Shown one piece after another: positions 17,892 to 24,000 of a stretch of 24,000 nt of DNA (positions are counted from its first letter, which is position 1; the number at the start of each line of letters is the position of its first letter). The stretch comes from Ignavibacteria bacterium (lineage in GTDB: Bacteria; Bacteroidota; Ignavibacteria; Tepidaquicellales; Tepidaquicellaceae). Both the position numbers and the translations under genes were made by a program. The DNA lies in contig JADJAH010000037.1 in assembly GCA_016704345.1 (NCBI GenBank), positions 116,417-140,416 on the forward strand, given 5' to 3'. The notes under the pieces were generated by a model. The model had not been told where the DNA came from. It searched no databases and saw only the letters and a list, made by a program, of their open reading frames with translations.

Positions 17892-18649
17892 TCTGCCTTC
17901 GGGTCAATCTTATAAACTTCAGACATTTCATCAATCAGTGGTTTTAGAAATTCTGTATGAAATCCGGCTCTGCCTCCATAAGATGGTGTGCAGTTACCTA
18001 CATCAGGCATTCTTAATTCACCAGCATTCAATATTGGAGTGATGTGATCAATCCAGGCATCCTGTAAAAATTTCTCACCGGGAAAGATGCCTTCATTCTG
18101 CAATGCCAACTCGTAATCAGAAGGTTCAAAAATTCCTAATGCAAGAGGCATACATTCATTAAGAGCGGATTGCATCCTTGCCCTGCTTTCTTCATTAGCG
18201 CTTCCGAGTTGTTTGATCCAGGTATCTGCATGCATAGTATGATATCTGAGTTCGCCTCTGAACTTTCTCGCTATCTTTGCCAGCGGTTCAAATGAAGACT
18301 CAGCCAGCATTCCGAATCTCAATGCTTCTGATGAATCAAAAAGAAAATGCCTCATCAGGCTGAAGTCATATTCGCCGATCGGATACTCAACAAAGTGGCA
18401 ACAGACATAATCTTTTTCTTCCCTGTTGAATGCCAGCGTGTCCGGATCCTTTTCTCCGATCTCATGCAGTAATGTGTAAAGCGCAAGTGCATGCCCGAGT
18501 TTATCCTGTGCCATTGATGAGAATGCGATGTCCTCTTCAAGGATTGGACCAAGTCCCGTCCATTCAGAATTTCTATGACCGATTATCAATTGATCATCGG
18601 CAATTCTGAATATAAGATTCCTGATTGCATCTTTGTTATCTTCAGCCAT
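17885..18649 (-). CDS. paaC: 1,2-phenylacetyl-CoA epoxidase subunit PaaC
   Basis: 254 aa; LIIGHRNSEWTGLGPILEEDIAFSSMAQDKLGHALALY; RFGMLAESSFEPLAKIARKFRGELRYHTMHADTWIKQL; position between paaB and paaD. Confidence 0.95.
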   Translation of the reverse strand: MAEDNKDAIRNLIFRIADDQLIIGHRNSEWTGLGPILEEDIAFSSMAQDKLGHALALYTLLHEIGEKDPDTLAFNREEKDYVCCHFVEYPIGEYDFSLMRHFLFDSSEALRFGMLAESSFEPLAKIARKFRGELRYHTMHADTWIKQLGSANEESRARMQSALNECMPLALGIFEPSDYELALQNEGIFPGEKFLQDAWIDHITPILNAGELRMPDVGNCTPSYGGRAGFHTEFLKPLIDEMSEVYKIDPKAEW

Positions 18650-18650
18650 T

Positions 18651-19025
18651 TTATTTTGAATGTTCCTTTCTGTATTTGTTAATTCTTTCCATCACTTTGT
18701 AACCACCGGCTTCTCTGTACATCTTCTCCTGATTATTTTCATACATATCTTCATCTCTATAGTTTGTCTGATACACATCTGAGGTCTTTACAATCCAGAG
18801 ACTCACGCAGTCTGCTCTTCTGGCAAATTGTTCCTTCGCAAGGATGTAAGCCATTTCGTGATTCGGTGCATGCACGGAACCTACATGAATATGCCGATCG
18901 CCTTTTTTTGTTTGATGAAATACTTCAAATGTTGTCCAGTGATGAATGTTTTCAACCGGAGTGTTATCCGGTTCTTCCGGAAGTCCTTCTCTTGTGATTC
19001 TTGGATCTAATGATTTCAGTGACAT
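18651..19025 (-). CDS. paaB: 1,2-phenylacetyl-CoA epoxidase subunit PaaB
   Basis: 124 aa; TTFEVFHQTKKGDRHIHVGSVHAPNHEMAYILAKEQFARRADCVSLWIVKTSDVY. Confidence 0.94.
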   Translation of the reverse strand: MSLKSLDPRITREGLPEEPDNTPVENIHHWTTFEVFHQTKKGDRHIHVGSVHAPNHEMAYILAKEQFARRADCVSLWIVKTSDVYQTNYRDEDMYENNQEKMYREAGGYKVMERINKYRKEHSK

Positions 19026-19053
19026 TGTTGTAACAAATTTTATCTGTCAATAT

Positions 19054-20040
19054 TTATGAAAGTGGAATTGTATATTCCTCTGCATTTCTCATCAAAGCCT
19101 TTCTGACCCATTCACCCTTTTCTTCGGCTCTTCTTCTAACTGCAAGTCGTTCTTTGTTGCAGGGTCCGTCGCCGTTTATGACTCGTTTGAATTCTTCCCA
19201 ATCGGGTTCTGTGTAATCCCAAATACCAGTATCTTCATTCTTCTTGAGTTTTTGATCAGGAATCGAAAGTCCAAGCTCCCAGATCTTTGGCACATACATA
19301 TCAAGAAACTTCTGCCGCATATCGTCATTGGAAGCCATCTTAACTTTCCATCTCATGAGTGTTTCAGTATGAACGGAAATTTTATCAGAGGGTCCGAAGA
19401 AATGCATGATCGGTTTCCACCATCTGTTAAGCGCGTCCTGAACCATCTCTCTTTGTTTTGGTGTCCCGGTTGCAAGAAACACTACATTATCATGACCATA
19501 CTTTAGATGGAAAGATTCTTCCATGCAGATCCTCTCGAGCGCTCTGCAGTATGGGCCATAGGAGCCTTTAGAATTTGCTACCTGATTAATTATAGCGCCT
19601 GCATCTATCAGCCATGCAATTACGGCTGTATCTGCCCAAGTTACGGCAGGATAATTGAATACGTTGGAGTATTTTGATTTGCCGGTGATAAGATCATTGA
19701 TCATCATTTCACGTGGTTTACCGAGTGTTTCTGCGGCGCTGTAAAGAAGCTGTGCATGGCCGACTTCATCCTGAACTTTTGCCATCAACGCAAGTTTTCT
19801 TCTGAAGCCCGGCGCTCTTGTGATCCAGGTACCTTCGGGCAAGGCGCCAATAATTTCAGAATGGGCATGCTGTTCGATCATTCGTATTAACTGCTTTCTA
19901 TATTCGGCAGGCATCCAATCCATAGGTTCGATTTTTTCCCCAGCCTGAATACGCGCTTCAAAATCTTCAAGTCTTTTTGGATCTTCTACTGTCCTTTCAC
20001 CGTTCTTTGTTTCTTCAAAAATATAACCGCCTCCGTACAT
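19054..20040 (-). CDS. paaA: 1,2-phenylacetyl-CoA epoxidase subunit PaaA (diiron oxygenase)
   Basis: 328 aa; diiron ligand motifs [20 protein letters not shown] and [14 protein letters not shown]; [15 protein letters not shown]. Confidence 0.97.
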   Translation of the reverse strand: MYGGGYIFEETKNGERTVEDPKRLEDFEARIQAGEKIEPMDWMPAEYRKQLIRMIEQHAHSEIIGALPEGTWITRAPGFRRKLALMAKVQDEVGHAQLLYSAAETLGKPREMMINDLITGKSKYSNVFNYPAVTWADTAVIAWLIDAGAIINQVANSKGSYGPYCRALERICMEESFHLKYGHDNVVFLATGTPKQREMVQDALNRWWKPIMHFFGPSDKISVHTETLMRWKVKMASNDDMRQKFLDMYVPKIWELGLSIPDQKLKKNEDTGIWDYTEPDWEEFKRVINGDGPCNKERLAVRRRAEEKGEWVRKALMRNAEEYTIPLS

Positions 20041-20181
20041 GTATTGTATTTTAGTTTTTAGGGATGTTGCTTCGGTGAACTGCTCCGATTGCTTTAAAAT
20101 TTCTTTTGCAAATGTAATTGAAATGATGCTAAAATTATATTGTAAAAATTCAACTTTGATGTTGTAGTAACCTAGATTCTT

Positions 20182-20848
20182 TCAAAACTCTATTGATGCA
20201 TTCAGCACAAGAGTCGGTTTGTCAATATCGGGTTAAAAACATACGCTGTAAAACTATACCGGCTAACATGAAGGCAGAAAACATTCCCCGCTGTATATCA
20301 ACTTCTGATTGATACACTTTTGTTCGCTGTGCAACAATTCCTAATGAAATCCAGTCTGCGGGTGCAACACTGATCTCTGACCAGGTATAAAGAAAATTAT
20401 CCGAAGAGTTTTCCAAATCGAAAACATACTCCCATTCAGAGTAAATATCCAAAATGCCATAGGTCAACTCCATTTCTATTCCGGGAGCGATTCCCATTAT
20501 GCTTCCGATAACCGCTCCAAACATGGGCGTAGCATTAAGTTCAAGTTCGTTTCCTGCATTGAAATTATAACCAATCCATGCTGAGCCACTTTCTAATGCT
20601 TCATAGTTGTATCTTGCTTCTATATGAAGCCAATCCTTATCTGCAGTGAATGCCGGCAGCAGAAAGTCGTTTTCGTCTGAAATAATATATTGATTGATTT
20701 CGGCGAGGAACGACCAGTCATCTGTGTTGATCCTGTCAGAGCTCTTTTCAGAAGAGTCCGCTCTCAAATCACTGCAACTTGTAAAGTCATTTTCGGCTCT
20801 ACAAATGCCTGTAAATATTATCAAGGTCACTATCAGATACACTAACAT
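20182..20848 (-). pseudogene. Predicted outer-membrane porin-like protein; C-terminus probably frameshifted (annotated ORF ends at 20222, restored reading ends at 20182)
   Basis: The 208-aa ORF 20222..20848 has a signal peptide and beta-barrel-like strands, but ends in a non-barrel tail (MLAGIVLQRMFLTRY). Adjacent frames encode YSFTAYVFNP and then DIDKPTLVLNASIEF*, a plausible terminal beta-strand ending in Phe. Joining them needs two single-base insertions, one of them in the CCC run (plus GGG 20230-20232). Confidence 0.62.
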
Positions 20849-20874
20849 GTTAATCTTTTTCTAATTAGCAAATG

Positions 20875-21579
20875 TCAAATAGCATTGAAACTGCTGAGTG
20901 CGTAATTATATATCGCATAATCCAGTTCGTTATCTTTCTTAAACTTCGAGACGAATTCTGGAGTAAGAATAGAAACTTGATCGTCTCTTTGTGTCTTATT
21001 GAGAAGTTTGATGTCAATCCTTGGCTTCTTCAAAATAATTGCAAGTTTGTCCATTGACTCCTGCAGTTTCTCAAGAATTCCAATAAAGAAATATCTGTCA
21101 AGAACCTCCTTGTAATCGGATTCCTCACAAGGGAAATAATAAGCATACAGATTCTTGTTTTCATCAATAAATTCTTCCAGAGATTTATCCATCCTGCCGT
21201 GCTCCCTTGAATAGTAATAGAAGGAAACGAAGAACTCCAGAGGATCCCTTAGGAATGTAAATGCTTTCAGCCTATCTCTTTGAGTAATGATTTCGGGATA
21301 TCTTTGATGCAGATAAGTACCATCATAAGCATAATGCCCTGCGATACAGTCATTAGCTCTGATTCTTGAAACATCAATTCTATTCTTCTTGTAATCTTCA
21401 AGCTGATCAAAAGAAACGAAATGATCATTTACGACATTGAACCAAGTGTGAAGAATTCTTGTAACCGAGGTACCCCCACACTTAATGAAATGATGAAAAA
21501 TGTAAGCGGGATGTTCCTTCGATGGCAATAGCACTTCTACTGTTTCAGAAGAAGAATGATTGGATTTATTCTCAGTCAA
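20875..21579 (-). CDS. Sulfotransferase family protein
   Basis: 234 aa; 5'-PSB-like HFIKCGGTSVTRILHTWF and 3'-PB-like FTFLRDPLEFFVSFYYYSREHG of PAPS-dependent sulfotransferases. Confidence 0.8.
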   Translation of the reverse strand: MTENKSNHSSSETVEVLLPSKEHPAYIFHHFIKCGGTSVTRILHTWFNVVNDHFVSFDQLEDYKKNRIDVSRIRANDCIAGHYAYDGTYLHQRYPEIITQRDRLKAFTFLRDPLEFFVSFYYYSREHGRMDKSLEEFIDENKNLYAYYFPCEESDYKEVLDRYFFIGILEKLQESMDKLAIILKKPRIDIKLLNKTQRDDQVSILTPEFVSKFKKDNELDYAIYNYALSSFNAI

Positions 21580-21826
21580 GATTTTTTCAAATTTTGTTTT
21601 ACAGACAATTTTAACAGATCATTCCAGTAATCATAAATTCGTCTCTAAATTTCCATTCAAATTTAAGAAGCTGTTATTAACATTGATGACAATTTATTCA
21701 ATCAATCTCAAAATATAAGTGACATAAAGGAATGAGTTCAAAATCAGGATGTATTGTCAAATTCAGAAGTATTTATTTAGGAAATTTTATAACATATTGG
21801 CAGACGCAAAAATCAACTGAACTTTT

Positions 21827-23080
21827 ATGAAATCCAAATTCAAGCTCTTCTCGGGAACATCAGCTTTCAGGATCGCAGTTTTGCTCTTGTTGCTTTCCTC
21901 CAATATGTATGCTCAGGATAATTCAAAATACGAAAGAATAAAGGTTGCCTTAGACAGTGTGAGATCATCTTATGAAAAAATAACAAACCGATCCTGTCCT
22001 TCAATCAACATTCTGATTCACACACCTGTTGATTACATTTTCGTATCATTTGCAGCCGATGGTATTTCTCCATTAACAAAGGACACATACTTTCGCTTTG
22101 CGAGCAATACGAAGAATTTCACATCCGCTTCAATACTTAATATGCAGGAAGACGGGTGGCTAGATATAAAGTCGCTGATCGTTGACAAAATACCCGGAAG
22201 CAATATTCCTTATGTTCCGGACACTCCTGAATTTGATATTCCGTACAAGAATCAGATTACTATTGAACAACTTCTTCAGCATGCGGCGGGTGTTTATGAT
22301 GTTGATAATGATTCAGTTCCGGGTTACGGCGGGTTGAGTTACGTTGATTATATGACTTTCAAAAATCCGGCTCATCAGTTTGAACTAAAAGATCTCGTTG
22401 AACAAGCAGCTAACAATAAGATCTCTTTTTTTCCACCGGGGCAGGGTTATCATTACAGCAACACAGGCTATACAATACTGAGTGAAATTATAGAGAGAGT
22501 TTATACATTCAGAAGCGGCTCTACAAAATTGTATGCTGATTATATTAATGACTTCATAACAGGCACTTCAGCAAAAGTGCCTCTTGATATTTCATTTCCG
22601 TATCTTGCATCTGATAATACAATGAGATCTCCTTTCGTGACAGGATCATTGATAACTCCGGACAGTACTGCGATTTATTCGTCCGTGAATATGTCGGCCC
22701 ACGTTGGAGAGGGCAACGGATACACAACATTTTCGGAGCTGGACAAATATGTAAGATCTTTGATGAAAGGAGAGAATGTTCTGACACCGGCAAGTGTAGA
22801 GCTTATGCAGAAATCAGTTTCTGAACACAACAAGACATACGGTCTCGGATGCTTTTATATTGAGGATCTCGGTTACGGGCACAACGGCTGTATCAAAGGT
22901 TACCTGTCTAATATGCTTTATGATCCTTTAACTGATGTATCGTTAATTATTATGATGCCTGTCAATGATTATACATTTCCAAATGAAGAAGGAATTGTTC
23001 ACGGGCTAAAAGCCTTGGCAAATGCAGGATTCAAAGCTCGGATGGCTTTGGGATTTCCGGGCAAGGACATCGGTTACTGA
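21827..23080 (+). CDS. Serine hydrolase, beta-lactamase/D-Ala-D-Ala carboxypeptidase (class C-like) family, exported
   Basis: 417 aa; signal peptide; SxxK motif (RFASNTKNFTSASIL), YxN motif (YHYSNTGYTILSEIIERV), C-terminal GHNGCIKGYLSNMLYDP. Confidence 0.88.
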   Translation: MKSKFKLFSGTSAFRIAVLLLLLSSNMYAQDNSKYERIKVALDSVRSSYEKITNRSCPSINILIHTPVDYIFVSFAADGISPLTKDTYFRFASNTKNFTSASILNMQEDGWLDIKSLIVDKIPGSNIPYVPDTPEFDIPYKNQITIEQLLQHAAGVYDVDNDSVPGYGGLSYVDYMTFKNPAHQFELKDLVEQAANNKISFFPPGQGYHYSNTGYTILSEIIERVYTFRSGSTKLYADYINDFITGTSAKVPLDISFPYLASDNTMRSPFVTGSLITPDSTAIYSSVNMSAHVGEGNGYTTFSELDKYVRSLMKGENVLTPASVELMQKSVSEHNKTYGLGCFYIEDLGYGHNGCIKGYLSNMLYDPLTDVSLIIMMPVNDYTFPNEEGIVHGLKALANAGFKARMALGFPGKDIGY

Positions 23081-23169
23081 GATTCGCTTCACAACATTGC
23101 ATGTCCGTTTGACTTTTTTCACAGGTGATAGTTATCCCCAATCTTGAGTAAGTGCACCACATCTATTTT

Positions 23170-23184
23170 GAATCTTAAAGATTC
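23170..23184. promoter_or_regulatory. Short palindrome upstream of the P-loop NTPase gene (possible operator)
   Basis: GAATCTT-A-AAGATTC, a perfect 7-bp inverted repeat with 1-nt spacer about 43 bp before ATG 23227; a TTGACA-like hexamer lies just downstream. Confidence 0.25.
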
Positions 23185-23226
23185 TATTGCTAACTTGACA
23201 GCAATTTAAATCCAAAATAAAGAATA

Positions 23227-23949
23227 ATGCCAGAACTTTTCAAAAAGATAATTCTCCTTGGAAGACCCGCCTCGGGAAAATCAGAAGTGATCAACTATCT
23301 CAAGAATGCCTCAGCGGAGGACAGGCTAAACAGATTTCATGTTGGAAAGCTAAAAGAAGTTGACGACTTTCCGATGCTTTGGACGTGGTTCGAAGAAGAT
23401 GCAATACTTTCAAAAATGTTTGGAAAGCCAAGGATACATACTGATGACGAAGGATATTTTAAGCATGAATATCTCTGGCATTTGTTGATAGAGAGACTTT
23501 CGCTGGAATACGCAAAGTTGAAGAGAGACAATGCAGACTTGCATAATGATACAACAGTTCTGATTGAATTTTCCAGAGGAACAGAACATGGAGGCTACAA
23601 AGAAGCGTTTAAGCATCTTTCCAAAGATGTACTAGAAGATGCCGTAATAGTTTACATAAACGTTCCGTATGAAGAGTCGCTTCGCAAGAATAGAAAGAGA
23701 TTCAATCCAGACAAACCGGATAGTATTCTTGAACATGGATTGCCGGACGATAAGCTCGAGAAAATGTACAAACTTGTTGACTGGGAAGAAGTTTCCTCTG
23801 CATCAAAGACTCATATAAATATTAACGGGATTGAAGTTCCCTATGTAGTTTTTGAAAACATGCCATCAAAGACAGATGATCCTGAACTGCTGGGTCCTGC
23901 GCTGGATGAGGTGTTTACGCGATTATGGAATCTCTATCAAACCAATTAA
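23227..23949 (+). CDS. P-loop NTPase / nucleoside kinase-like protein
   Basis: 240 aa; Walker A GRPASGKS near the N-terminus (KKIILLGRPASGKSEVINYL), VLIEFSRG strand, VYINVPYEESLRKNRKR. Confidence 0.75.
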   Translation: MPELFKKIILLGRPASGKSEVINYLKNASAEDRLNRFHVGKLKEVDDFPMLWTWFEEDAILSKMFGKPRIHTDDEGYFKHEYLWHLLIERLSLEYAKLKRDNADLHNDTTVLIEFSRGTEHGGYKEAFKHLSKDVLEDAVIVYINVPYEESLRKNRKRFNPDKPDSILEHGLPDDKLEKMYKLVDWEEVSSASKTHININGIEVPYVVFENMPSKTDDPELLGPALDEVFTRLWNLYQTN

Positions 23950-24000
23950 AGTCATGATCCCATAATTTAACAACATCAAAGAAAATACACATCCACGCTC

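Noticed and set aside
1-24000. Defence system, prophage, transposon or CRISPR array
   Set aside because: No nuclease, integrase, transposase, reverse transcriptase, cas or toxin-antitoxin proteins are recognisable. The single P-loop protein at 23227 resembles a nucleoside kinase and has no defence-type partner in the window.

Overview
This 24 kb window appears to come from a member of the Ignavibacteria/Bacteroidota group. The lineage call rests on Por/T9SS C-terminal sorting domains with 'NQNFPNPFNPST'-type linkers. Most of it is metabolic and cell-envelope content. From left to right: (1) the 5' part of an iodotyrosine-deiodinase-like nitroreductase (minus strand, absent from the ORF track); (2) fumC; (3) a strong intrinsic terminator closing a three-gene minus-strand set of secreted proteins, namely two tandem T9SS-sorted paralogs and a 1024-aa beta-helix protein with a dockerin-like C-terminus; (4) a compact plus-strand cluster of conserved unknown protein - fumarylacetoacetase - lipoprotein - selD - mnmH; (5) a 1209-aa fused E2/E1 2-oxoglutarate enzyme (Kgd/SucAB-type); (6) a predicted outer-membrane protein; (7) a minus-strand paaABCD phenylacetyl-CoA epoxidase set with no adjacent paaE; (8) a porin-like ORF whose C-terminus looks frameshifted by two single-base losses; (9) a sulfotransferase-family protein, a serine hydrolase and a P-loop NTPase. 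I found no CRISPR array, tRNA/rRNA, prophage, transposase or recognisable defence system. The best candidates for something little described are the unknown-FahA-lipoprotein-SelD-MnmH cluster, the surface-protein trio with a dockerin-like partner, and the frameshifted beta-barrel gene.
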